64,000 nt of DNA from Bispira polyomma (GCA_965649765.1 OZ287758.1:16678001-16742000), one strand, 5' to 3'. Shown: positions 49,742 to 63,484, counted from the stretch's first letter. Translations and numbers: made by a program. Notes: generated from the letters alone by a model not told the origin.

Positions 49742-51214
49742 AATAAATACAAAAGTAAGGCTCTTATTAATTATTAATACTTTGTGACTAACTACCTAGT
49801 TATAGCTTTTGCTGAGTCTATTAAATCTGTTACATTTTTTTAGAATACCATACATATATCAAAGATATGTGATAGACAATAGTGTGCTATTGCTGAATAT
49901 AAGAACAACATGGTGTATGATGCTTATGGAAGTAGCGTAGTGTAGGGGATCTTTTATCTGTAAAAGTTCTTGTACTTACATGTTAGCTCTGTAGCACAGG
50001 TCCGCAACACACCGCCTTAGAAATGCAAATGACCTGGGTTTGATGCTAAACTGGGGCTCTCAAGTACAGGCAGCAGATACATAGTGGCTTGGATGACCAC
50101 TTAAAATAGCGATATCATGGGATCCTATTTCCAGTGGCAGGCAAAAGAACCTTAGGAACGTTGATAGATGGTCATCCTGAAGCCCTGAACTCAGACAAGT
50201 CAACAACTGGTTCATATGTGCTTTGAATGCCAGATAGAGAAATTGTATATAAATCTCAATACAAATACGAATACCTATTCTTTTTGTTTAAATTAAAAGA
50301 GAAGTAAAATGTAAAGCTTATTGGGTGTTTTCATATAGATACTATTAACAACCATTTTTGCATGTATTTTTTAAACACAATGTTTAAACAGTACCTTAAC
50401 TACTTACATGTGTAGAGAGTGCTATTCTAGTATTGGGGTGTCAGATTTCAGTCAGCAAATTGTTTGTTTTACCAAATGAAGATTTGTTTTCACATTACTC
50501 TACAGAAAGTTCTTGACTTGATTTACAGTGACATTTAAATCATATTTCTACAATCGTTTGCCAGACACTATATGTATGTCAATTCATTTAGATTATGTGC
50601 ACATTCTAATTCATTCAATCAGAATAGAAAACAAAACATATGACTGAAGTAATTGTCAATTAAAAAGTTGTTACCATGTTAATGTAGGTTTGTCATGTTA
50701 CTGTCATTGATTGATAATGTTGTAAAATAAAGTGACTTCAATCAATAAGTGGTTACCATTTTATTGTTTACAATCATTCTGTCATGAATACTTTTAATTT
50801 ATGGTTAAAAATACGTCACTTATAATACCCTTTCCAAAGCCATTTTATACATGTCATGTTAAACAGTTATTTATCATCCTTGAGCAGAAACGTTTAAAGA
50901 CATTTTGTACAATAATAAAGTACTGCAAGTAAGTAGTTTTCTTCTATTTGCTCTTAGACCTTTCACTCCACGCATAATGACGTCACATTGACGTCTACTG
51001 ACTACAACCACCCGCAGACTCAATATAGTGTCAATCTAACTAGACGTCTCTTGTAGAATACAAAGCATTTTTTTTGCGTTCAAAGATGTTCATTCACTTT
51101 TTTACAATGATTTACTGTATACTGAAATCAATGAAAACATACTTGTTGAATGTTTTCATTAACATCAGCTGTTTTATCCATATTTGAGAGTAGAAACAAC
51201 TCTCAAAACTCAAA

Positions 51215-51325
51215 ATCATTTAATGTCACAGCACCTGCTGAATGGAATAGTCTCTCTGCTGGTCTTTGCACTGAGGCAAAGATGACAGGCTTCAGGGAAA
51301 ATGTTAAAACACATCTGTATGAACT
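51215..51325 (+). mobile_element. L2-type LINE ORF2 C-terminal remnant
   Basis: Translates SFNVTAPAEWNSLSAGLCTEAKMTGFRENVKTHLY, matching the L2 terminal pattern FSxxAPxLWNSLP...FKxxLKTHLF. Confidence 0.7.
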
Positions 51326-51689
51326 CGCTGTTCCGCTCTTTAACATCCATTTGCTGGTTATGTTGCATACTTATTGGGATGTACGCCACAGAGGATGCCT
51401 GGTCATCGATTGTGGCATTATAAAGCTGAACATTTACATCTTCCTGAGATTCTGGAGGATAACAAACAAAAAACCTGGTCACGCATAACATATTTCTATA
51501 CAATACCCATTATCAATAATTGCTTTTGTATGTAAAAATACAGTCTATGGTCAGAAGTGTCTCAGTAGTGTTCAGTGTCATAATGTTTACAGCAACAGTG
51601 CTCAGTGGAGTGCACACCTCCGCCATGGGAACCAAATCTAAACGATCTGTATTTTAACTACAGATCTAGACCTTTCAAAGTTAACAAAA

Positions 51690-51848
51690 AGTCAAAGTTA
51701 AAGTTTGGGCTTTTACGTCTTGTTCAACAGCCAGGGTCATATTGGGACAGGCCCACAGCATTTGTCACTTATGGGAGGCGAACCCACACAGAGGTGACAG
51801 CCTGTAATTAGATACCAAACTTGCTAACCACTCAGCCACTGAGGACCT
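51690..51848 (-). mobile_element. Short tRNA-derived SINE, family D
   Basis: Minus strand reads ggtcctcagtggctgagtggttagc (A-box)...gggttcgcctccc (B-box-like)...ccctggctgttgaacaagacgtaaaagcccaaactttaacttt. Confidence 0.7.
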
Positions 51849-53604
51849 AATTTTAAGGTAATCAGTACTAATTGAGCTGTATCCCAGTCTGCACCCAAAC
51901 TGAATGGTTTCTACATTGGTCTATGTCATAGCCACAAACAACATACAAACAGTGATAAAAGATAACCTCCATGCCAGAGGTAGTAACCATTTATTTAAAC
52001 ACAACACAAATCAGACTAATTATCACTAACAAAAGGTCACCATGAACTGACAACCAATCCATAAAGCCTCACTGGCTCGGAGAAATAGGAGGTATTTGGT
52101 AACGCCAACGTCCTTCATATACTGATGACATAGTATTGATGTTAATGGGACTCGGGTGCTTGATGACTTATGCTTCATAGGGTAAAATCTGTTTGAGAGA
52201 AACTTTGGACCAAAAATTTATCTCATCAAGTATTTATCTTTAAATTCAACAATCCAATCTTTGTGAAGCAAGCTTTAGTAAAATTACATCAAAATATCAA
52301 TATTTCACATAAATAGTTACAAAACATAGTTAATGCAACAGACATTTTTCATCAACGGAGCATTTTACACAAATAAATTGTAAAATTTTAGTTAAATTCA
52401 TCACTATACTTCAGTGTCAGAATGATTTTAGGAAAATTCTTTATTTTGCTATCCCTAAAACACTAACAACTCCAGTTCATCCACATGACTAGGCCATTTT
52501 ATGTCTACCATAATAGAATATATCACATATTTGATGTAGTATTTTTAAGTATACTAAGATGAATATTGCTAAAAATTGACAATATAGCTTTAAAGTGTAT
52601 TGGAGTTTTGGTGTTTAAAGGGTGAAACTTAAAATGTAAACACTGTGCGATAAATCAGTGCCAGCACCAAGTCTCAAAAACCTGTGAATGATCTGTTGAG
52701 TAGAATTTAAAAGAATGTCAGAAAATTAGATTGAAGATCAAAACAAGAAGATAGCCAGTCAAGTAGCAAAGAACCATCAATCACACCAACAAATGCAGTT
52801 AATCCCTGAAAAAATGAAAATATTTTCTCTGGGTAATGTTTTTCTGGAGTCAATGTAGTTCTGCAGTGGAACGAAAAGATCTGTAGTGTTGCCCTGAAAC
52901 ACAAATGCAAGTAGGGAGTGCAAATGATATTTGAAAAATATTAAATAAAAATATTTTGCTTTTTAGAAATCCACACTTACAGTATCAGAGCCATCTGATG
53001 AGTTTAATCCGCCTGCATGAGGTACACTTTCGAAAGGGTACGTGTGTTTTATCTATAAAGAGTCAGACCTCTCAAAGTCGGCCATCTACTAGATATAAAA
53101 ATATAGATGAATAACTTAGTTTTTATACAAGATAAATGATACAGGGTAAATAGTCATTAAAGAACACAGTATCAACTAAGTACCCATTGAACTTCATTGA
53201 AATCTGCACACAAATGTTATAGTTTTTCCTTGGCCTGTGACCTAGCCATGCACAATATTTGGTCAAAATTCAACAGCATGGGCATGTTTACCCCTTTCCT
53301 AAGTATTTTATCCCTGACCAAAATTTTGGCATTAGTGATGGGTGAACCGTCAACCTTCCGATCACCAGACCAACTACCTCAATGGCCATCTATGTAAATC
53401 ACTGAAGCTTACAACTATATCTATCACATAGTGTATACAATCGACCTGTACGGTGTCACGTTGGTAAAGCGCTTAAATCAACATATATTGGTCTGCAACT
53501 GAACATGTATTGGCATATTTTTTAGTTTTTGTGTCATATATCTGGTACATTTCTGGCATCTTTAGATATGTATCATTTAAATTTCAGAAACAAACTCTTT
53601 GGCT

Positions 53605-53925
53605 AAAATATTATTATAACATAACACGGCTGTATCCGTGATTCTGATTGGCTAAAATCTATGTTAAAAATAACTGTATATGCATGAACCGAAATAGTCT
53701 AATTTCGTCTGCAGTGCCCAAATGGATAAAGTTCCTTTAATAACAGAATTTTAAAGTAAAAACAACTTGAATCAGCTAATAATTTAAATTTGTCATGTTA
53801 GAATAGGGTTAACACATTCTAAAGCTTGGTATACGGTAATTTTTAGCACTCTTGGAGCTTCGCCTTTGTGTTACTACACTTACAATCGTGCTAAAAATTA
53901 CCGTATAGCATGCTTTGTCATGCGT
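53605..53925. mobile_element. Non-autonomous element with a long subterminal hairpin (Crypton-like; family assignment tentative)
   Basis: gattctgattggc near the left end. Perfect 20-bp inverted repeat at 53830-53849 / 53888-53907 around a loop containing gcttcgcc. Confidence 0.45.
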
Positions 53926-53939
53926 TATCCCTTAAACAA

Positions 53940-54900
53940 AATACCAAAAAACCAAATAAACAAAAACCCACAAGGTAATATTGTGGCACAATCTGATATT
54001 ATTTGACAGGAGGCTATGTTTTTACCACCATCTGCTTCAAGTATACTACCAAGTGTCCTTGTAAGTACAACTAAAGCCTTATTAAAACAATTACTACTGG
54101 CTATCATGCTGTCACAGGTTTCAGTTATGTTTCCCTCATCACTTTCCGGATTTAGGAGAAATCTTAAAAACTATCCAATCAAACTTGCTTAGCGACCAAA
54201 GTTTCCTAATGTACACCACCATATCGTTTCTTATGACCTGGCAATGTTTTTTGGACTTTTGGATTGGTTAATTGATTCTCAGTCATGCATTTAAAAAACA
54301 ACAACAATACAAGTTCTTGTTAAAACTTAAAATAGCCAAACTTGCTGCAATGTCATACAGTGATTGTTATCACTAAAAAAAACCACTACAGATCTTTATC
54401 ATAGTGTTTTAAAATCGAAGTGGGAGGCAGAGAAAACAGTTAAAATAGAAGATGTTCCCAGATGACTGTCGTGGTAGATGCGGGGGTTATGTAGGGAAGA
54501 CAACTGTATACGTGGAAAATTTCCCTAGGAAATAATTTTTAGCCATTTTAGACAATTAGTGAAAACTAGGACCCAGGAAAAGTTTGAATTTGTCTTGTTA
54601 ATTTAACCCCAAAAATAAGCAACAGTGTATAGTAATTCCAATGAATTTCTTCAAAATTGTGGATTAGTGAAAAAAAGTTCCAGCTAACATTTCTACTTCT
54701 ACAGTATTCATAAAGTTATAGAGGCAGAAAGAAAACAAACATCAAAGAATGGGCTGTTAGATCTCCGACTCAAAAACCTCACCTAAAATCAATGGCCTTC
54801 TGACCTAATGGCAGACATAAGATCATGTGCAGCCTGGCCTGGGATTAGGAGAGGGTGGGGGGTGGGTCAACCATATAAAAATAGAAACAAGATTGGGCCC
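53940..54900 (+). repeat. Local segmental duplication, copy 1 (copy 2 at ~58625-60270 carries an extra ~1 kb)
   Basis: Both copies share, in the same order, tggcacaatctgatattatttgaca, a MITE-like actgta...gtggaaaatt...tacagta block, and a 110-bp core. Confidence 0.85.
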
Positions 54901-57900
54901 ACGTTACATATTGTACCATATGTTAAGGAAGGAATATAAACTAAATGACTTTAAAAACATTACAACTTATTTGTGTTCACTGTAAATTAATATCAATTTC
55001 TAGCTAATTTATACACTATCACCAACCACAATATTACTAGTATCTCCATCTGTGTACACCTATATATTCACGGTGGACCTTAATTGTTGTTGGTCTAAAC
55101 TATACAGCACGGGTAAAATATAAAATTAATATTTCCTAAAAAAGTAACAAGCCACTGTGCCATTTATCAGTAGTTTTATTGTGGTAACTCCTTTGAATGC
55201 TTTTTATTCACATAACTTAAGATGTTTATATATCATTTTGGTCTGTATAAGTAAATGTCTTGCATTCAAGGATAAAATGATTGTTCTCTTCCTATGGTGA
55301 TTCAGTAAAGTATATGACTGGTTAATAGTTGCATTACACTTTGACCTATTGCTCCTTGACTATTCAAGATGGTTGGGTGTAATTACTTAACTTACCTCTA
55401 ATCTAACCAATATAATGTCTATTTTTATTTATTTCCTGGGAGCGCATATGGGTAGCAAGGTGAAACATTAAACTAAACATCAAAAGGTATTGGTTTCAGT
55501 AAGAGATCAAAATAAAAATGTTAGCCAAGTTGAAAAAATTAAAAACAACAGATGTATCCAAGTGGCGTAACAATACCTTTGTTTAATATTAATGTTGTCA
55601 AGTGTTCAAGTCAAGTGTTTTTACTTACAATAGAATGGTCAGTTGTTATTGAAGTTTAACCTTTGATATTGATATTAATACCTCAGACAAGGAGTTGTTG
55701 TTGGTTTGTTTTTTATTAGAATTATGCATCAACTACTGCACAAATTTTGACCAAACTTTGTGGATGAATAGGCCATGTACCAAGGAATAAACCTTTATAT
55801 TGTGGTGGAGATCGGTATAAAGTTTAGTGAATACTTATTGTGTAATTTAATGAGTGTTTACTCTTTTCCTCCAAAACCACCAGGAAATAGGTGTTTTGGT
55901 CAATTAAATTAATCACCTACTTTTTAATATGGTATTGGATGCCTGACTTTTAGGAGTGAGGTCCGTAGAAAAAGTAAAGACGCTATCAATGTTGTACCCC
56001 ATAGCAGAATACTTTTGTTAAAGTTCTGATGATAAATTTGAGCTGTGTGTAGCCATGATTAACTTCATTTTACAACCAACAGCAACTTGTTACTGAAAAA
56101 ACTTACATAAAAATAGAACTGTGCTACTCTCTACAGTGATTTGTATCCTGCATGTCACACCCTATGAAAAAAACAAACAAAACGTAAACAAATGAGCCAG
56201 CATTCATTCTAGGATTAAAGTAAAGTAAGCTGTCATTGCAAAGGGGTGCTATCCATTACAGCTGTGTAGTTGATATGCAATTAATTCTGCCTTTAAAGAT
56301 ACAGTAGTCGTTAGAAGTTTTATATGTCTACAACAAAAGATAGAGAATGGTGGGGTTAACTAATCATGAAATTCACAAAAAAAGTTCAGAGTTTTAGAAA
56401 ACAAAGAAAAACCCAACCCTGGATGGATTTCTTTTAGTTGTCAAACTACAAGGGAATCTATACTGAGTGGAATGTCACTGGCGTCAGCAGCCCTTTCATC
56501 CCAGTCCTTTCGTCACCATTTTGCAAGGTACATTCGGTCTGGTAAATTGCACGTGTTAATAAACATTCAGTTCAATAGCAAAAAATAGTAAAATGCTCAG
56601 ATGTACCTTGGATGACAAAAATTATTAAATTATAATGATGTCTACAGTTACATTTGTGTATAAGTAGTAAATGTGTTTGGTGAGACTGACATTTTAACCT
56701 TCTCAATACTGATTTCCAAACCAGTAAATTGTTTATTGTCTAATTAATACTTAGTAAAGAGGTTACTGAATACCAATTTTGAATAAAATGTCGAATTATA
56801 AAGAACACTTACTCAACAGAAAACCCTTTCCCAAAATGAATGTAAGGTGTACTTAAACTAGGATTATTTTCGTGATTTTCGCCTTAGAGACAACGAGGAC
56901 AGAGATGTGATTGTAGATAGGATGACAGGGGAGTTACATAGAATCAATGCCACCCTGACTCTATCTACCATATGTCACTGATCTAAGTCAGGAGCACACA
57001 TCTATGTGACCTGTGGCTGTGATTTCTCTCAAATATTTCAAGCTCAACTCAGACTCTACTCTAAGTTGTAGTTAGGTAAAGTAAACTATGACAGCATATT
57101 TGAAGTCAGTGCTGAGTCATTATTACAATGAATAATAGCAAACATAGGTTCTTTCAATATTCATAGACTTACAGAATAGCCTTCATCTGAGTAGAATCTG
57201 AGTTTGACCTTAAGTTGTTGGGAGAATATGGGATCAGGATATCAAAGGCAAAGGCAAATTACACAGTGACTTTTGTACATGTATAAATAAAACACTGGCA
57301 AGGTTCTCATATGGACGAAACTGCAATTAATATATCAAATCTCTGGAACCTTTTCTATGTTGGCTTATGCAGTACAGAGAAAAAATATAATTGCGTTGTA
57401 TATTAAATAAAAGCTTTAATTTCTCCGATGAAAATTTAAAAATAAATTTTTAACTTATTTCATTTTGACCATGGACAAAATATTTTTTATGACAAATTAG
57501 TGTTTGTTTGTTGAAATATAAGGACAAGTTTTCTGTCAAGTTCTTAATAGACTTCTATACTTCTATACTAACAGAGGAGCATGTGACCTGAGGCATTGTA
57601 TATCACACGTCTAAACCTGAAACTCACAATGACATCAAAATATGACCTGTCGAATCTTTGTGTACAACAAGGATTTGTCAAATAGGATTTCGTACATTTG
57701 TGTTCCATACGAAAAGCTCTATTAAAATGATTAGGAACATGTCTTGCTTTAGTTGAGTTTGGGTTTAAAATCCCTTTAAACACTTAAAATGCACGGCATG
57801 GCAGTTGGTCACGGTTTTCTGCTCCGCAAACCTCTGGCATGACAACTTTCTTTTGTATCCCAGACTGCAGACGTAAAGCCACAGTCCCCATCACACCAAG

Positions 57901-58784
57901 TCAATAATAAATTCAATGATGATATATAATTTTATTATATGAAATGTATAAGATATATGTATTAAATTTGTAGACTACAGTCTATTTACATTTCTTAATA
58001 GGCTATAAAATATAACTTAGATGATTACAAGGTATACATTAAAAAGTAAAAGTCATTTTGAACAAACATTTAAGTTTCTGCTTAGTAAAGTTTAGACAAT
58101 TTTTAAGTTTTTACTTATGGTAATCTTAAACTGAGTTTTCAAGATACGTATAATAAAAGCCTCAAACTCCACAGTTATCAATAACTAAATTACATATTAG
58201 TAAAGAGTAAATTGCAGTTAGATTTATTATTATTTTTACTATTGAGCATTTAAATACAACGCCATTTCATTATCTCTAAGACATTGGTTCTGATTGGTTG
58301 TCATCAGTAGGCAGTTGGCATGTTCACTTTTTACCTAAGTATGCTATTTCCAATAAATATAGTGGCATTAGCGATATTTGAACAAGGGACCTTATGATCA
58401 CGAGACTAACTCCTTCAACCGAGAATCAAACCATGGACTCCATGTAAATCACAAAAACTTAGTATTTGTCAGAAAATGTTAAATCGACATAAATTGTGTC
58501 ATTTTAGGAAAGCACCTAAAACCCATTTATTGGATATGTTTCATTCAAATTTTAGAAAAAACAACAACAAAAATCTACCTATATTGCATCACGCCGTATA
58601 CCATCGAGATATTGTTATTTAAAAAGAACACCAAAAACCATAAGGTAATAATTTGGCACAATCTGATATTATTTGACATTAAAGGAGGCTATCTTTTACT
58701 ACCATCTGTTTGAGATATATATGCACTCTACTGAGTGCCTTGTTAGTTACAAAATACAACTGAAGCTTTACTGAAACAATGTAC

Positions 58785-59700
58785 ATTATTATTATTATCA
58801 TTATAAATTTTTAACGCGCTTTATTGATGCTAGGCATCTTCTAAAGCGCAACAGCAGAATCATTGGTATAATCATTAAGTTCATGGACATAGCAAAGTCG
58901 CAAGGAAGGAAGTGGGAGCGCATAAGACTAGATGTAGTAATTTGTAGTTATACCAATTTATAACCCCTGTACCAAATTAACAGACCGGGTACTACAGTAT
59001 ACAGCTTTAATATTATCTTGTTATTATAATACAATTGGTTATATTTATTTAGCAGGGGCACAATAGAGATTCATTGTATACAATTCAATATAAAAAGACA
59101 CCACTAATACAAGTACAGCATTGAGGCCATTTGTGAAAGAAATAAGAAATCATTAAAATGGAATGGAAAATAAAAAGGAAAAACAATAACCTGACAAGCA
59201 GAAAAGGTTCATCAATCTTACCGGCAAATGATGCAAAATTCAGAAGAAAGATGCAAACATTTTATTTTGTAACGAGGTACTACCACTAGATTAAATTGTC
59301 AACAGAATTAAAAATCAGGTGACGAAAAAGACGCAGACAAGCGGGAAAGGATAACAAAATTTAAGCCAATTATACACTTCCAAGATTTTGTAATGCGAGT
59401 TTCTTACTGTTGTTTGTTTTAGTTGGGTGTTTCGTTGTTTGTCACATATTTATATGGAATCTGAAGGAGGGATGGTACATGGGCGCAGAATACATGAACT
59501 ACATTGGAGTCAACAAAACATCTGACACAAAAACGGAGTTCCTAAAATGTACATTAAATGTCCTGTGTGGGGATAAATGTCATGTCATATTTCCAAAAAC
59601 ACAAATATTAAGTGTACCAATGAATTCTTGTAAAGAACTTGAAATAACCAACCTTGATGCAAGGTCGTACACTGAGAACTTGGATTGCTGTCACCACCAA
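58785..59700 (-). mobile_element. Possible highly decayed L2/CR1-like LINE 3' portion
   Basis: (ATT)n followed by aacgcgc...aaagcgc looks like an antisense L2 tail. Minus-strand SHYKILEVYNWLKI weakly resembles the L2 HITPxLxxLHWLP motif. Confidence 0.3.
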
Positions 59701-60444
59701 AAGAAACACTAAAGTTCTTTATCAGAGTATTTTAAAATCTAAGTAGGATGCAGGCAACACAGTTATAATGTAAGATGTGTTGTTTGCACTTTAAAAATTC
59801 AAAGCACTAGGGTCCCTAGGTGACTGGAGTGGCAGATTAAGGCATTGTGTAGGAGAAACAACACACTGTATCAGTGGAAAATTGCATTAAAAATTATATT
59901 AAGCTATAATAGCTAGTAAGTTAGTTAGGATAGTAGAAATTTGTTCCCAGTAAAAAGTTTAACTTGTGTTGATAGTTTAACCAAAAAAATAGCCAGTAGT
60001 GAAAATTGATTCCTCTTAACTTCTTCAAAGTTATATTAGTGAAATGTTCTTTCAGCTAACATCTCTAGTTATACAGTATTGAGAAAGTCACAGAGGCAGA
60101 AAGAAAACAAACATCAAAGAATGGGCTGTTAGATCTCTGACACAAAAAACTCATCTAAAATCAATGGCCTTCTGACCTAATGGCAGACATAAGACCATGT
60201 GTGGTGTGTTACGTGGGATTTGGGAGAAAGGGGGATGCAACTATATAAAATAAAAACCAAGGTAGGCACATTTCAGTTATTTATTAAGGCCCAAATGTTA
60301 AGAAATTGTAAGAAGTTGTAGCTACATTTGATATTCTTTATAAACATATATTTTGAACTAAGGATTGATTTAGTGATGCACATCTAACCATTTCAAATGT
60401 TTAATTAATGTTAGCACCGGAACGCTATTGTAAGGTAAGCACTT

Positions 60445-60960
60445 CTCTAGACATAGATCCAGACGCTTTAAAGCTACTGACATATGTACCGCTGAACCTC
60501 AGTATCTCTGGCCAAATGAGGGGTGTGTAGGCAGAACCGGGAGAAAACGTCCACCAGTTGATGAACTTTCTCTACCGCAATGGGCAGCTGGTCAGCTGTT
60601 CAATATCTCACAAGTGTCTGATATTACTTTTATTAGGCAGATGATCCTTCAGGTCACCTACTCACTTCGGGCTGCGACATCTCTCCCGTGGCCCGCAGTT
60701 TGTTCAGCATGGGCCCACAACATACAGGAGATTAAGGACACCCAGATGGAATGGTCGGATTCAACACAGTGGGCTATTAATAGGCTTGATATGTCTTAGA
60801 TGGCCTTGGCCAACTCGCATGTAACACAGGGTACCCAAAAAACCAAATGTCACCTGCAAATATTTCAGAGCTAAATCCAGTTGCCACGATAGTGACCACT
60901 GTTTCAAGCATTTAAACAAAGAGATTAATTACCCTGAATTTAAATGCTTGAATGCGAACA
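60445..60960 (+). pseudogene. Gag-like ORF remnant of DIRS/Ngaro-type retrotransposon
   Basis: Reads RSRRFKATD...YLWPNEG...RKRPPVDELSLPQWAAGQLFNI...LPWPAVCSAWAHNIQEIKDTQMEWSD. After a stop and frameshift comes a Cys/His segment CKYF....SCHDSDHCFKH. It lies upstream of, and on the same strand as, the RT. Confidence 0.55.
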
Positions 60961-62039
60961 GCTCTAAAACCACTAGTTAGGGATTTGGTCGACTTCCTGG
61001 ACCACTACCACACATAGATAACTTGGTAAAGACAGTAGTACAGACAGTACAACCAAAATTTATAACAATTCAGAACTTAATATGATTAAGGTTTAAAATA
61101 ATAAGATTATCAGAACAAATATAGACAATGAATATGGAGATGTACACTACTAATGTTAGTGGAGTACATAACACAGGATAGGGAAAAGTGCCCAAGGGGT
61201 TAATGATTACCAAATCAAATATAATGGTCACAACGTGCCCATGCAGGGTTCCAGTCTTGCCTTTATCTGTGGAATGTCGGTATTAGAACCTCCTAGTTAC
61301 TTTTATAATATTTTATGTATCCTATAGTACACTTGCACATTGACTCGTCTGAGGATATGTCAGGTTTTTATTATGAAATCTATGACAATGTGAATAATAC
61401 TATCACTTATTTAATTGTGGGGCAAATGACTACCTTTCAAATTAATATTGTGAATATGTATTGGGTTGCAATAAACCTGAACACTTGGGTTGTTATAAAC
61501 CTAAACACAAACCAAATTGGTAGATACACCACTGAACAATATATTTGTCGTATACTTGGGTTGCAATAAACCTGAACACAAACAAAATTGGTAGATACAC
61601 CACAGAACAATTGGAAGAAAGCAACTTGGTGTGGTCGAATTAAAAAACAGACATGACTTGCTTCAGAAATAATGGCTGATATTATAGTCAACCTATTTTT
61701 AACACAATTAAGGAGTTAATCTTAGATAATAATTCAAATAATGTTTATAGAAAGCATAATAGTGTTACTAGAATTATTAATACAAAAATAACAAAAGCTA
61801 ATCTCACACGACGCTCCGTTTGTGACGGTTTGTCCATTAATTCTTAATTTTCTTCTGAAACTAACCAGGTAATAGATTTTTATGATCACAATAAAACAAC
61901 AGGTTTTTTTAAAATGTCTGAAGCCAAATTTGAATTTGTCAGTCCTCACGGGGAGTCAGCCCATATCAAATCTCTGCAAAAGATGTGTTAAATTGCGAAA
62001 ATCATTGAAAACACAGATACTTAAAATTACCGACAGGCT

Positions 62040-63484
62040 CGTTCGTTGTTGTTCAATCCCTCAAATTTGGCTCGTATAGCAATCAAGTCGGGTCTCAATA
62101 TTCCAGCTTGGGAATTACCCAAAATCATCCAGACAAAATTATTGTTCAATACCTCAAATTTGGTTTCCCACTATCACTTAAAAACCTTCACATTTTACTT
62201 AATACAAACATTACTAACCATGCATCAGCTATACAACATGTAAAGGCGGTACTAGCTTACCTAACTAAAGAGAAACATAAGGGGGCGATATTAGGGCCAG
62301 TTATAAATGTTACTGACAAAGAATTCCACTGTTCACTGTTCCTTACTAGACCCAAGGACATGGAGAAATGGCGAGTTATTTTGAATCTTTCTTACCCCCC
62401 AGGGGTCTCGGTTATTGACCATGTGGACAATTTCTTTGATGGCACGGCCTTTTGTTTAAAATTTCCTAATATTGACCATGTTGCACAAGCTATTCGCAAC
62501 ACAATGAATCCAGCTATGTTCAAGGTCGACGTTGCCCGCGCATTCTGGAACTTGAGCAATAACCCTATTGACGCAATGAAATTTGGCATTAAATGAAAAA
62601 ATGAATACTTTCTAGATGCTGCCGTGGTGTTTGGCTGGGTGCATGGTAGTGCTGCATTTCAGCAATGATCTGACATAGTGGTGGATTATATGAATAGCCA
62701 GGAATACCAATTACATTGTTATATCGATGATTATATTTGTATTACCACAGAGAATAAGGCAGAAAACGGTTTCTGTATATAAAGTAAATTGTTAAATGGC
62801 ATTGGGCTTCCAATGAATCCAGACGGAGTCTGCTCCCCAGCAAATCACATGACATGCTTAGGCATTGAATCGATATCACAACAAACACAATTAGTATTAC
62901 CAAGGAAAAAATACACTTAGTATGTAAGTATGTCATGGCTTTCTTGTTCCAAATTTCAATCCCTACTAGGCAGGTTTCTTTACATACACAAAGGTGTCAA
63001 GCCTGCTAGGTGCTTCATAAACAGATTACTAGAAGTATTTAGGTCATCTCCAGGTGCAAAAAGATTTCAAATTACAGACATTGTCAAACATGGCCTGGAC
63101 AAGTTCATCAATTGTTTGGCATAACATTTTGGGACAGGGGTTTCACAAAGACATCAATTGGTTCTGCCACTTCCTCGAATAATTCAATAGGGTCACAGAA
63201 ATGCACACAATCGATGGGGTAATACACCGAGTATATGTAGATGCTTCACTTAATAGTTTGGGAGCGTTTTGGGATAAACAAGTTTATTCAGTCGACATTC
63301 CACAGCAGTATACAGACTTATTTACAATAGTTCACTTTGAAATGGTTAATGTTATTGTGGCATTCAAAGTATGGGGCCCAAACGGGCCAACCAAAAAGTG
63401 TGTATACATTGTGGCAATTTAGCTGTGGTACATGTCCTCAATAGATTTAAGTGCAGGGATACTTTTCTTAACAGCTGCGCACGT
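62040..63484 (+). mobile_element. Decayed RT + RNase H of tyrosine-recombinase retrotransposon (DIRS order, Ngaro-like)
   Basis: FGFPL, NHASA, KE...GAILGP, FLTRPK, RVILNLSYP.G.SV, KVDVARAF, FGWVHGSAAFQ, HCYIDDY (catalytic YIDD at ~62720), then RNase H VYVDAS...FEMVNVIVA. Several in-frame stops and frameshifts. Confidence 0.85.

Noticed and set aside
59410-59712. 100-aa Cys-containing ORF after an acceptor-like site
   Set aside because: No recognisable domain or partner exons; it lies in the segment inserted in one duplication copy, which may be an antisense LINE relic.
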